Source: Adineta vaga
Lineage: Eukaryota; Animalia; Rotifera
Assembly: GCA_021613535.1 (NCBI GenBank)
Contig: CP075492.1
Span: 13,516,001 to 13,580,000, forward strand
Direction of reading: 5' to 3'
DNA length: 64,000 nt
The position numbers and the translations under genes were made by a program. The notes beneath the pieces were generated by a model, which saw nothing but the letters and a program-made list of their open reading frames with translations, was not told where the DNA came from and searched no databases. This document shows, piece by piece, positions 50,141 through 63,925 of this stretch. The stretch's first letter is position 1. Every line of letters begins with the position of its first letter.

Positions 50141-50732
50141 TCAAACTTCGTGTTGAATGCTTGACGAACACATTTTTTTCTTAAAAGCGTAAGTGAGAAT
50201 GAGAAATAATATAATAAGAAAAATAAGTGTGCAAACGCCAAATAATGGTAAGGCAATCACTTGACTAGATGATCCAGTCCAACGTATATCATACTTATCA
50301 TTTGAAAATACAAAGCAACGTTGTCGAGAACCGATCTAATAAAAACATAGATATTATATGATTAAATTAATATCAATTGATACTCACTGGATAAGATGTT
50401 AAACTATTTTTATAAGCTAAATAATAGTTACTGAATGGTTCTCGAATATCAGCTAAATATTCTGTGGCATTTAAATCCATAGAACGCACATTTAACGTCC
50501 ATACAGTGTCGTATGATGATTGACTTGAGTGTTGTCCACAACAGTGCTTTGACACAACCGAACTATTAACAATAACACACGATGTTTCTTTATAGGAATT
50601 CCAAAGAATATTGTGCAGATTGATATACACCGCTGAATAAAGCACAACAGCTAGAAATATGCTACACCAGAAATTCACACATAAACTAGCATTGCATCGA
50701 TGTGTTCGATCGACGGAAGATGTCCGATGCAT
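50141..50732 (-). CDS. Two-TM membrane protein with a Cys-containing extracellular loop (topology like BK-channel beta subunits)
   Basis: TM1, YKETSCVIVNS..CC loop, then the spliced exon YP|IGSRQRCFV..IRW and TM2, ending QHEV*. Confidence 0.6.
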
Positions 50733-51082
50733 CCCAAGATTTTGCTTATTTTCGATGGAAATGATGACTAAAAGAGAGTACTGAGAAATAGAGTGGATAG
50801 AATATAGTACTGACCGACTGACCGATGCATGACCTTTTCTCTGACCTAATGTGTTCGTTACTATTGGTTAATTTATGAAAATGATAGAAGCATTCTCAGT
50901 TTGGAAATAGGTCAAATAATTTGATTCGTCTATTGGACTACGAAAAACTACCTGCAGAGAAAGTCAAAATTTTCTCTCTTCTGACCATGCGTGTTTTTCG
51001 CGATAAAACATCGAGAAGAACATAGAAACAAAACAAATGTCAGTCATAGTATTCGAGTGCGTTACATGTGCACTAATTCAAT

Positions 51083-52662
51083 ATGTTTTCATCAACCTTT
51101 GCAGCTGTAATTTTCTTTCTGATATTATTCTATTATTACGTTAAACGAGTTTATTTTACATTATATGGACCAATTCCTGGTTTATCACCACAATTTCTTC
51201 TTGGAAATTTATTTCAAACAGGTGTGATCGGAAAAAATCGTTCGTTTAATGAAATATTTCTTGATTTAAAATCTAGATTTGGTGATGTATTTCAATATTG
51301 GCTTGGTCCAACACGTATCATTGTTATTAGTCAGTTTGAAGATGTTCAACATATTTATTCTCATCGACACATCTATGATCAAGGAGATATATTTACAGAA
51401 AAAATCAGTCTTGTTAATCCATATGCAATTCTTTGTCTCAAAGGTATTTCAATATTTCATTGAGTTCTTATTGAAAATCAACAAAAAGATGTCTTATTTT
51501 TATAGGATCTGCATTTAAACGGCATAGTAGTATTGTAACGCCATTATTTCGTCGTTATAAAGTAAATGCATATCTCGATACAATAAATGATTGTACAGAT
51601 AAATTATTAAGTCGTTGGAAAAATTCGAATGATGAGTCGAATAAAATTCATTTAAATATGATTGAACAATGTCAACAATTATTACTTTCTATATTTGGTT
51701 TTGTTGCATTTGAATATGATTTACAAACACTTGATGATCAATATAATTATCAAAGAAATGAATTGACAGAAGCATTTCATATTCACCTTGGTGCAGCAGT
51801 ATATGCAATTCAATTACCAATGATTCTCGCCAAACTTTATCTATTAAATCCGACATATCGACGAGCAAAAACAATCATCGATCGATATTTAAATGAAATG
51901 ATTGAACAAGAACTACGTGAAACATCAGACATGCGAACAGCACGAAAGAAAACAAGTTTAATTGCTTCATTAGTGGCTTCCTTACAACAAGATGAAAGCA
52001 TTGAAGAAAAGAAATCAGAAGAAGATAAGAAAGGTCTTTCACGAGCGGAAGTTATTGGAGAAATGCTTTCATTTCTTTCAGCTGGTTATAGTACAACATC
52101 AACATCTCTTGTTTGGTTTATATTTTTTATTAGTAAATATCCAACGATTCAAAAGAAATTAAAAGATGAACTTCTCCAATATGAACAACAATATCTTTCA
52201 ATTGAACAGCTTGATTCATTAGTATATTTAGATTGTGTTTTAAAAGAATTATTTCGTTTTATACCACCTGTTCCTGGAACTGTTCGAACATTAGTTACGA
52301 ATGATCAATTACCTTCCACAGGTTTTCATTTATATAAAGGTGAACAAATTTTTATTTCATTTTATGGTTTAAATCGTGATGCACGTTATTGTCCAGGATC
52401 AATCGATCCAAATCAATTTTATCCTGAACGATTTTTAAATAAAATGGATGAGAAAAATAAGATCGATTCAACTACATTTGGTGGAGGTCATCGACAATGT
52501 ATTGGACAAGATTTTGCAAGACTCGAATTAAAGGCTATCTGTAGTCGGCTGATGCAGCATGTTACGTTTGGTGATGGAGGAGAACAAATTAATGCTGGAG
52601 GATACAAACAAACAGATACAATTTTACCGAAAAATATTGCTGTCACCATAACATTTGATTAG
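51083..52662 (+). CDS. Cytochrome P450
   Basis: N-terminal anchor, GPIPG, I-helix AGYSTT, ELFR (ExxR), PERF and heme motif FGGGHRQCIG. Intron 51444-51505. Confidence 0.92.
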
Positions 52663-53586
52663 GAACCTTTATTTTCATAAAAAATAGCCAGATGTTTTTT
52701 AATTTTTTCTTTATTTTTGTTAACATTTAAAAGGAAAAATTCGAAAATTGACTCATTACTTTTTCCGTATTTGTGACAAGCATAGTTCTTAATTAGAGAA
52801 ATATTCTAGTTGCAACTTTGCGTGTTGTATTCAACATATGAGCAGCAGTATTATTTCCTATTTGAAGCATTGCAAATGTTACTATCATTTTAATAAAGTT
52901 TACTTCCCATATATATCTAAACGATCGAAAATGCAAGTTTTGTTTTTCATGACTTTTGAAATAATGATAATATTACAAGTTTAATACTTCATGGTGTTCA
53001 ATCACATTCTAATTACTTTATTGAATATGAATTATAAAGTTATAATTCGTAGTATTCTATTTATTATCCGATTATTTCAGTAATTGTTTGATAGACGAAA
53101 GATTATTTATTCTTCACATGTTCAAGTTTTTGATGAAAATATCTCAATGAAGGACGATATCTTATCTGAATTTGTTCGATTGTCTTCAAAGTGTTATTAT
53201 TTGTTTACATTTGACTAAATAATGTATATATTTTACATCTCCTATATATCCGCTTTCAGCAAACCACTACAATATGTGTATATGCTTCGAAAAATTGTTT
53301 TACTATATCTCAGAGGTTCTTGGAGTTCGACCATTATTGTTTCTTTAAGAAAAATTGAGGGTGGTATAATAGAATCCGCAATAGAAATTATTCTATGAGG
53401 TTTATTCCCTTGACTTGTTCTTTTATTAAACGTTGGAAATTAACAGAAGTATCATAGAATGGTAAGTGTTACATTTATATTCGATTCTCATGAAATACAA
53501 TCAGATAGAATATAATTATGTGTCTCGATGATATTTATTCGGTTTATTTTACATAAATTTATAAAATTATACTATTGTTTTCATAA

Positions 53587-54703
53587 ATGAAAAAGTTGGA
53601 ATCGAGCATTTTGTTCGTTATTCTGTTCATAAGTGAGTTAAAGCAATGTAAAAAAGTATTTCATAATAATTTCTATGAACTTTAGGTATTCAGTCGAACA
53701 ATGCATCACCTATAACAGCTGATCAATTGAAAGCAATTATGCCTCGATGGTCTCGTCCAGAATATTTAGACTATATGAACAGTGCTATGACCGAAGGTGA
53801 AATCAATACATGCGCTAGACAAGCTGCTTTTCTCGCTCAAGTCGCACTCGAAAGTGGACAACTCGTTTACATGGAGGAATTGGCTAGTGGTGAGAACTAT
53901 GAAGGTCGACGTGATCTAGGAAACACTCAACCAGGCGATGGAAAGAAGTTTAAAGGACGTGGACCTCTTCAATTGACCGGTCGTGTTAATTATCTAGCTG
54001 CTGGTTTAGCACTTGGTCTTGATCTGGAAACAAATCCTGAGCAAGTTGCAACACCATCTGTTGCTTTTCGAACGTCTGTATGGTTTTGGAACAATCGTAA
54101 ACTCAATTCTCTTGCTGATCAAAATACACTTGCTGCTTTTCAACAAATATCGAGAAAAATAAATGGCATTCCACCAAATCACGAAGCCGACAGAGAAAAG
54201 TATTGGGAAACGGCAGCAAACACTATGGGTTGTACATCAGTAACATAAACTACTGTATGTACTATTTCCGTAGTTTTATCATCAGTATATTCGCATAAGT
54301 TTTTAATTTTTAGTCATCATCAACATCTAGACGTGTTTCAACTATCACAGCCCCACCCAAAACATTACCATCGAGAACAACACCCAGTACTACAATTCCC
54401 ATTGTATCAACAACATCAATTGAAACAACAGTACCAACTGTGACAACGGTGCCAGTCGTCACATCCACATCTATTGTGACTGATCCACCCATAGTAACAG
54501 ATCCACCTGTTGTGAACAATCCACCCACAGTAACAGATCCTTCAATAGAAGATCCAGAACCGGTAGATCCAGAAACTCCGTCGTATGAGGATGGGGATGT
54601 TGGTGGCACAGATTACGACGAGCGTAAGCGTCGAAGACGTCATATTATTATTGTGAGTGGAGAAAAGCTAGCTAAAGATGCTGCACAAAAGTTCGTTCAA
54701 TAA
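53587..54703 (+). CDS. Secreted GH19 chitinase/endolysin-like hydrolase with a Thr/Pro-rich tail (3 exons)
   Basis: Signal exon MKKLESSILFVILFI, then AAFLAQVALESG, EELASG..YEGRRDLGNTQPGDG.KFKGRGPLQLTGRVNY, WFW and KING. The third exon carries TDPP repeats and RKRRRR. Confidence 0.88.
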
Positions 54704-55687
54704 ATTGAAAAGTAAATCTGAATAAAGAGCTTACAAATATTAAATAAGCATTAAATTTTCTATCGCATTTTGTTAATCTGGATGAAATAAAAAATAAACT
54801 TAAGAAATACATAGTTTATTAAGCGTAGCAAAATCGTGTTTTGAAAACTAACACAATCAATGCGCGGAAATTAGAGAAACAAATAAGATTTTATGAAATT
54901 CTAATTCATTTATTAACATTATTTTATCCTACATGATTGTAAAGAGATACACACAAGGAAAGTGGATGATCGAACACTGCTATCAGAAACTGCCGATAAA
55001 CACGCCGAAAGATTTTCTTATGAAAAAAAAGATTCTCCCAATAACATCGTACAATCTATTTTGTGCTTAATCCACAAAAATCAAACGAAGAGAATTGCGA
55101 TATTACAAAAGAAAGAGTATGTTGTTAATGACTATACTGATGTGATAGTCTCTCGTATGAGGGGATGTATAACAATTCTAACCATCGAACAGATCGTAGG
55201 CCGAATGAATAATTAAACGAGACTCAGGTCACGTCAAAGAATCCTACCCGGAATGGACTGTATAAAAATGAATAATGATGAATATAAATGGAGGGAGAGT
55301 AATATGTGATGATATGAGTGTTTTATTCGATGAAATAACATTCGACAGACAGAAAAGAAAGAAAACACATACAGAAGTTAGCGTCATGGTGCGACATCTT
55401 ATGACGCAAATCACCGTTATGATGTCGTATACATGATCATATAATGAATCATGATTATAACTGTAGTTCCTACCGACATTATTTACATTCTTGACGATTC
55501 GAATAGCAAGTTTCATCTTGCAGAAAGGGAAGAAAAACAAATAATGATATTGGTACATTGATAGTGAATCATAATGACGTTTTGCTTCTCTGCCTTTTTC
55601 GAGTGGTACATACGTAGACTATAAAATTGTGTGACTCGGATTATATTCCTAAATTTCAAACACATTACATTATCGTTAACAATATCA

Positions 55688-56753
55688 ATGGGCGCAGGCG
55701 AAAGTGCAGCTATACAAGTAAATTTTAATCGACCAAGTTCTTGCTTTTGTGTTGGTGAACAAGTACTTGGAACTGTTTGCTTTACCAATGTACGTGATAA
55801 CATGAAAGTTGATGAAATGTTTATTGAACTTATTGGGGAACTTGGATATACAACGCAAGAAACTCGTTCTACGACTGATTCAAATGGAAATTCCAGTTCC
55901 GAAAGTTATACTGCTTATCATCACATACCATTTTCAACTCTTCGTATGCCTTTAACTCAATCTAAAGATGGAACAGTAAGATTCTTTTCATTAAACTATT
56001 GAGAACTATCTATTATCGATGGTATAGTACAACAATATGGCTATTGGTCGTGGTACATATACATGGCCTTTTGAATTTCATCTTCCTCAAGATTTACCAC
56101 CATCATCAAGTCCGAATTCGATTGCATATCCTCATATCAAATATTATGTTCGAATGGTTGTTGACCGACCATGGTATAAACCGAATATGTGGAAAACTTG
56201 TCCTCTCACAATCTTTCCTCAGTCAACTATTTCTCAGCAGATAAATGAATTGCAACAACCACTATTTTTTGGTGAACAAAATCGTAAACAACTACGTTTA
56301 GAAGGGTATCTCTATACCAGTAGTATTGTACCCGGTCAGTCGCTTTCTTTTCAATTTACTCTTTACAATCCTGAACGAACTACAATTAAAAAAATTAAAG
56401 CATCCTTCGTTCAATGTCGTCAAGCGAATCATGATTCACGACAAGATGTCATTATTTTTACTGATTTGCCCGGTTTGAACGAATTCAATGATACTAATTT
56501 ACAACGAAATTTCGAAATACCCGTTTCTTCCGATTATTTAACACCAACACATACATTTACTACATTATATCAGAATTACTCGTATTCTTTTGCTCTTCGT
56601 TATGAACTGAAACTAGAAGTAAGACCACATGGCGCTTTCACTAAATTTGAAATCAAATTGCCAGTTATTGTTCGAACAAGACCGATGGATATAGATCCCA
56701 TTTCTATGACAAATAATTCGCCACCGAGTTACAAGGAAGCAATGAACAATTGA
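55688..56753 (+). CDS. Alpha-arrestin (arrestin domain-containing protein)
   Basis: GTYTWPFEFHLPQDLPPS, IKYYVRMVVDRPW, LRYELKLEV, KLPVIV and a C-terminal PPSY motif. Intron ~55976-56026. Confidence 0.88.
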
Positions 56754-57368
56754 GCAATTAAACGTTCTTATTTTTTGAAACGAACTTATTTAAAAATAAA
56801 GCCTTTTTGCTAATTATTATTACAATAAGTTTGTCAAAGATAATCAAAAGAAAAGTTTCTTGCATAGTTTGAGTTGTATGCATCTTTTTTCTGCGAGAAT
56901 AAAAAACGTTTTATTGCATAACGACGGTTTTTGTTGATTAGAATTGATTTTGTTTTATGTTTCGCTGATGTAATACATTCAGAACGATTTATATGGCAAC
57001 TTAAAAATACATGAGCAAGTGTTATATCAATGGAGTTGAATAATGCTCATGATGGTGCAAAATGTTTTAGTTTTAATATTATAACATGATAGATAAAAGA
57101 TATACATTTCATTTTTCTATACAACAATGTAAATGTGTTTTGTTATTGTGCTGACAGAATAAAACAATCCACCGTTAAGATGATGTAAGCATTTGATAAG
57201 ACATAAAAAAGAATAATGCAAAACAATGTTCTTATATATTTAAGAAATGAAAACAAAATCGAATCGTTTCTCTTTGATTCCTTCAACAAATTAATTAATT
57301 ATAAGAAAAAAAGTAATTAGGATGTACCGATCCGTTTGTTCTAGATTTAAAAAAAAACTTTGAGTAAA

Positions 57369-58145
57369 ATGAATCATTTTATGGCGTTATTATACGTCAT
57401 GCTGATGACATTTCTTTATAGTATGGATGGCAGTAATATGGTTCCTGTTCCACCACAACCGAGTCAAGTATAGAGTTGAATCTTTCGAAAATCCAAATAA
57501 AAAAATCTGTTCATATTATAGTATACGACGTCTATTTTTTTAAATGGTAATCATGGCATGTACTATGCAGATACAACTGTTCAACGAGATCGAATGGATC
57601 TCGATGGTTCAGCAAATACTCTGATTACAGATTTCGAAAATTATCGACAATATCTTATCTCACCCGGTAATATTTCATATTTATCGATTCCTTTTTCCTT
57701 CAAGTATTTCATTTAATTGTAAAGGTAAATGTGAATGGACGATGGTGGGTCCAATATCACCATTATTGAGATTTCCAAGTTATAAATTTATCGGAAATGT
57801 TACATACGATGGTGCCTCATGCTATAAATGGAGTGGTTGTCATCAATACGAGGTAGGATAGAAAACATCAATATGACGAGTGTTGTAAGAGTTAATGTAC
57901 CTTTTATATAGGTTCCTCCCGCACCATTCTTCTATCATGCAACTGTAAACGAAAATATACCAAAAAATCTAAATCTATCTACAATTGATGTTAATATTCG
58001 ATTTACTAATTTTACATTTGGTCCTCCATCATCACCATTATTCGATCTTCCAAAGTCATGCGATCAAATCGAATTTCATCCAAAACATCATCCAATGTTA
58101 TCCTATAGAATGAAGAAGCATAGCAATGTAGAAGAATTCTGTTAA
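57369..58145 (+). CDS. Secreted ependymin-related (LolA-fold-like) protein, 4 exons; absent from the ORF track
   Basis: Spliced product: signal peptide, PVPPQPSQYT..GMYYAD....RDRMD..GKC..FIGNVTYDGASCYKW..FTNFTFGPPSSPLFDLPKSC. Confidence 0.7.
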
Positions 58146-58482
58146 TAACGATAAACCTTGATTCAAACGAAACTTTTCTTAAAACGTTTTTTCTTTTGAA
58201 ATATAATCATCGATGTGCATGTATATCCATTTACAGGTTCTCTAAAAACTATAGTCATGAATTACGCTTCAGACTTTGTTCGGAAGATCGAAATCAGATG
58301 AAAACAACTAGTTGTTTTTCGGTGACGAACACTGAAGATAAGATAATGAAAAACATAAGAAGATGACTAAACTATTTACTTCAGTATAAATATGAGAAAT
58401 GAAATGGTAGTTCTTGGTAAAAACAGACTAGAATCGTGATTATACGTAAGGCTTTCAGTTGAGTTTCTTTTTCAGATTTATT

Positions 58483-61214
58483 ATGAGCACATTGTTTAGC
58501 AACAAACGCTATCAGAATGGATCTGTATCTTCTACAAATTCAACGGAGACTGTGAATTCTCCGTCAGTCGGAAGAGAGAGTCCACTTCTCACTAGATCAT
58601 CGATTATTGGAGAAACAAACAAGAGTAATATGTCTGCTACTTCTCAACCTATTGAATCAAAACCAGACACTGAATCATCGCATGTAAAATATGATTATAC
58701 GTCTGCCTTCGCTTCATATGATGTATTAACAAACGGTTCTGCGACTAATGGACATGCATCATCTACCAGTTCAAAACAAGATTCAAAATCGATTGTTAGT
58801 GGTTCGAGATTACTTCCATCAGCGTTAGAATATTCTAATAAACAAGGAGGCGATTTAGCTGCAAAAGTATCAAAAGAAATTACAACTGATAAAGCAGAAG
58901 TGGTGAATATTATCGCTAATTATGCAATCGAACCATCCGAAATGTTGCATCTAGGTAGATTGAATCTTTTCACTAAGTACGATTAATTTGTTCATTCTAT
59001 TTTAGTTGACCGTTGGATACAACAATTGCTCAGTGAATTCCAACAGCAACGCGATCAATTCAAGCATCGATTAAGTGACAAATGGCAAAATGAAGAGCTA
59101 ACTAGTCTTAAATATGAAAATCATCATCAAACACGTAAGATTTATACAGCTTATCGAGAATTAGAACGAGCACGTAGTGTAACACTTTCACATGAATCAT
59201 TCAATGAATTAAATAATTTTTTACGAGATATTGATGACAGTGAAACAATCACCATGAAACAACGTTTTAATGACATTGCAAAAGATTATTCCAATATTGT
59301 TCAATATTTACAACTTATTGATAACGAAACGGGAATGAGTAACGATGATTATATCAATGATATAAGAAAAACTTTATCGAAATTAAAACAATTAAATAAT
59401 AAACAATCACATACAATTTGTATTATTGGATTAGAAAAAGCTGGAAAATCGACATTTACAAATGCATTACTTGGCTATGAACTCGTGCCCACAGCATCCG
59501 AGCGATGTACTCAAGTACGAACTGTATTAAAACCTCCACCGGATGACAGTGATCAATCATTATTTGCCACAATAAGATTTTATGATGACGATGAATTTCA
59601 CGTTCTCTATAACAAAATGGTAAAGAAAACAGACGAAACAGAAGATCAATTGAATGATCGTCGACATGGAGTAATTACTGCACGAGACGGTTTGAAAGCG
59701 GAATTTCCCGAGAAATATTTTCGTATCAACAATCGAAATGATATAGAAAGAGCACGTACAGAGATTGGTCGCGAATTAAATTATTACATTACTGGTGAAG
59801 TGTATGTTAATATCATAAAGGAAATTTCCATCTATACAGATCGTTTGCCAGGTAATTAATGATTATATTTGAATTGTTTTGTATTCTTTTCGTTCTTATA
59901 TTTATGTTAGGAAAAAATTATGAATTACTCGATGTTCCTGGTTTTGATTCACCCATAAAAGAACATCGTGAAGCTGGTTTAGAAGCGATCAGAACTGCCG
60001 ATGCTTTTGTCTTTCTTACCAATGGTCAACATCCGAATTTAACCGATCCGCAAGTTCGCCTTCTCAATGAAATCCATCAAAATCATTTCGAAGCTATGCA
60101 ACGCGCATTTGGCGTGATTACTAAACTTGATCTTTGTCAAACTCCATCGATCTATCAAGATCATTATGAAAAGGCAGTCAATGAATTAATCGAAAAGAAG
60201 TTCGTACCTGAGCATATTTTTGTAGCGTGTCCTCGAATAGAAATTATCGATAAGAATTCCGAAGAATATCGTGTTATTAATGACAAAATACGGAACTTTA
60301 GTAATGATTTACTTAATGGATTTGAACGAAGTAAAGAAGCATTAAATAAATTCATTGAATTTGAACTGCCAAAAACACATTTGAAACAATTACTTGAATT
60401 AGGACGAATGCGTTTACGTCAATCTGTTATAGAACGATTAAATCTAATCAAAGAAAAACATTTAATCCCAGATGATTTAACTGGTATATCAGTTGATGAA
60501 TATATAAAACGACAAAAAACTGAAAGTTGGGATGGAGTTTATGACTCGAGTGTTTTTCTACCGGCTTTTCAAGAAGTTAATCGTTGGCATACAACTGTTA
60601 TTACGAGGGAACGTGTAAAATTTATTGATGATGTTCGACAAACATTCTATGATGCTTTTCAGAAACTTACGAAACCATTTCTTAATTCAACGGAACAAAT
60701 CGAACAACAAATGTATCAAGCTTATAGCTATTCCAAACTTCAATTAAATCCACATCCAGTGGATAATACTGTTCGACAAGAATTATCTTTTCAATTAGAA
60801 AAAATTGTCGATGATACATCAAATATTTTAGCTAAACATTTCTATCATAAATATGTTTGTGGATTAGAAACTATTATCTATAATATTAGTCCATATTTGA
60901 AGGATCTATATCGAACAACTTTAACATTAGAAAAATGTACTCATGAAACTCATGCATTAGTTCTAAGAGTGTGTCGACCAATCATAACAGCGATATTACG
61001 ATATTCACATTTTGATCTGGCGGCGAAAATGAATGCAATCATTGAATTAATTTATATTGCACCAACAGTTGCATGCAATATCGCATATACTGCTGATAAA
61101 CATGGAAGTACTGGACTTGCTGGAATGGAAATACTTAAAGCAATCGATTTCTTAGAAAATAATCATGATATGACAACATGGATGATACGAAAAATTTTTA
61201 GTAAAAAGAATTAA
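58483..61214 (+). CDS. Dynamin-like large GTPase (Dynamin_N domain), 3 coding exons
   Basis: G1 GLEKAGKS, G2 PTASERCT, G3 DVPG and G4 TKLD. Ser-rich N-terminus and helical C-terminus. Introns ~58954-59004 and ~59852-59910. Confidence 0.85.
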
Positions 61215-62730
61215 ATTGAAATACATTTTGTGACATTTTATTATAATAAAACGATTCATCTTTGTAATATTTGTCATGAAGAAAGATATCTCTTACATAA
61301 ATTTTCAAGATTAGAATATCTCGTATCGTAGAAAAATAATCAATAAGATTTTAAAAGATAGTCTGTCAAAGACTAATATTCATTTCTTCGTTGGATGGAT
61401 CACATTGACAGATAAGGTCACCCATATGGGATATATCATTCTATTTACCAATGTTTCACATGTTAAATAAATTTTTATAATAAATTTTCTAGATTGAAAT
61501 GATATCAAATATGAATACGTTAAACGTCCGAGATGATTTCATATGTTTCACCGTTTCAAAATCGTAAAAGATATGCTGATAACAGATTTGTGTATCACGT
61601 AGAAAATGAATATTGATCAAAAGAACCAAGATTATAAATTTGTTCCAATATTCTTCTCATACCTACAGTATAGTTTGTAACTTAACTAGATAACTAAGAA
61701 TTTCAAAGAATTCCTATACAAATTACCAAAGTTTTATTCATATATTCTATGTAGCCTGAAAAAGAACGTTAACATGATTAAATGGTTATAATAGTAGTCA
61801 AATATCTGGAGAGTTTTCACCACCGAAGTGATGTGAAGAATATTATCGTTCGTGAATTCTCTGATCATGGAAGAAAGAAGTTTTTCGTTTGTTGATGAAT
61901 CAACGTAGACATGAAGAATGAACATATTCTAGTGCATGTATGATCAGGATTGTCGTATTCATATATTTTAATCCTTAATTAGTGAACATCGAATTGCAAG
62001 AAGTTATTTGATGAATATGAAATGATTGAATAATCATAACGAAAGATCTGTTTAATTATCTCTAGATATTGTGATTAAATATTTCATACTCTGCAGCTTT
62101 TTCGTAGATCACATAAACAATGGCTTGATAATAAGCACCTGTCATTCATCTATTCACTTCATTTACGAATATCAATTAATATACAGAAAGATGGGATGTA
62201 AATCACATAAGAACTGAATATTATATTCCCATTTATTGTCAATTTTATTACGAAAAACACTTATCTTGTTTATTGACCAGTTAAATATTCAACTTTTGTT
62301 AGCAATGGATGATTACATGTATAATGAATGATTTTCTACCAATGTGTTCATTCATATAATTTACTCTTATCAAATTAATCTTTCGTGATTTAATTGTATT
62401 ATTGAAGATTATATTGTAAATGTATTGTTACTATCACAACATCTACCAATTGTTTGATAACTTTCTATGATCAAATGAGACGAATGAAATGACACTGTTA
62501 GATAAATTCATGATTTCATGGCATATGAATAATGTTAACATCGAAAGCAAACACGTCCGTGACAATTGTTCTTTTCGATTATTTTGTAATTCTCTCATCT
62601 AGAGATACATGTCAATTGCTTTAGTAATAAATATATGGTAAGTAAATTAATCGTAGATAATTTATGAAAATTTTGAACATGTAAGTATATTTGATCTAAA
62701 TACAAATTGGTATTCCAATGCATTTATCTC

Positions 62731-63258
62731 TTACATTCCGGCAGGATACTTACACTTTAGATGTTTAATTTGTTTCTGTTGAGCATCAATTTGTTCTTGA
62801 AGTTGAACAAATAGAGGTCGAAAAATACTGAAAATACATTTTGTTAAATGATCATTAAGTTCATCTCGTAGTCCTGTCCATGCACATCTCATGTCATTAC
62901 ACGGACATGGTATAATGACTTTGGGACACAAACTATCAATATGATCATTGAAGTTAATTCGTTTCAGATTTGTTTCATTACAAATTTTACATTTAATACG
63001 AAGTTCATTAAGTTCCTCAATCAAAAAAGTGTCATCAATGGGAATTAAATTAGTTGTATCCAATAATGGTTGTTGACATGCAGGACATGATTGATTTTGT
63101 TTGATCAAATTTACAATGCAGAGACGACAAAAGATATGTTTCTTTGGTTGACAATCAGTTGATACAGGATCGACAAATGGACTTCTGCAAATTGAACATT
63201 CTAAACGATCATCTATGAATTCCTTATTCATATACACATAATTAATATCAGTTGCCAT
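62731..63258 (-). CDS. RING finger + TRAF-type zinc finger protein (3' exons unresolved)
   Basis: CSICRSPFVDPV..C..KHIFCRLC..SCPAC, then HIDSLCPK..IPC..CAWTGLRDELNDHLTKC and a coiled coil. Confidence 0.85.
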   Translation of the reverse strand: MATDINYVYMNKEFIDDRLECSICRSPFVDPVSTDCQPKKHIFCRLCIVNLIKQNQSCPACQQPLLDTTNLIPIDDTFLIEELNELRIKCKICNETNLKRINFNDHIDSLCPKVIIPCPCNDMRCAWTGLRDELNDHLTKCIFSIFRPLFVQLQEQIDAQQKQIKHLKCKYPAGM

Positions 63259-63739
63259 TAAGTTTGATAAAAAAAATATAATCTAAACAAATTTAAAATG
63301 ATATCAATGCTGAGTTGATGAGGATTCGAAACTTTTGTTGTTCTCGGAATATAGTCTAATGATGTTTGTCTTTATATTTTGATAAAGAAAGAATCTACGA
63401 GAAAGAAAAAAAAGAAAAGATAAGGATTGAATCGAATACATAAGACTAAAAATGAGTGTATGAATCATATAGAAATCTGTCCAACAGAGTATATAGAAAC
63501 TTGTATGCTTTACTCGTATACGAGAACTATTAACACAATGCATTACATACTTATCATACAAATGATAACAGCATAGAAAGAATGAGTAATTTCATATGAT
63601 TTAACAAAGTGGGAAGAAACATTCAAAGAATAAAATAAAGAATATCAAGTCATGATTTAGGTTTAAATTTTTTGTAATATCACCAGGATGTGAATCATTG
63701 ATGGGAATATGAAGGGTGTGGGTGTAAGTGTCTATCTTC

Positions 63740-63925
63740 TCTCAATCTTCATCCACACTCGTCACAATAATATCCATATGATTGTAATCGAGACACATTA
63801 TACTAGTTGAAATTTCATTATTAAAATCAGCGATAGTTACAGATCCCACACTGAAATCATTAGTATATGAAACTTTCAATCAATAAAAAATAGCTTAGAA
63901 TAATTGAATGTTCCTGAATATGTAA
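63740..63925 (-). pseudogene. Possible FG-GAP/VCBS-repeat remnant
   Basis: The minus strand encodes SVTIADFNN...NHMDIIVT, resembling the DFNxDxxxDI repeat, and is interrupted by stops. Confidence 0.35.

Noticed and set aside
54310-54609. Minus-strand Gly/Val/Thr-rich ORF
   Set aside because: It is the antisense shadow of the Thr/Pro-rich GH19 tail exon.
63713-63725. GGGTGTGGGTGT resembling the bdelloid telomeric repeat TGTGGG
   Set aside because: About two units only, which is expected by chance.
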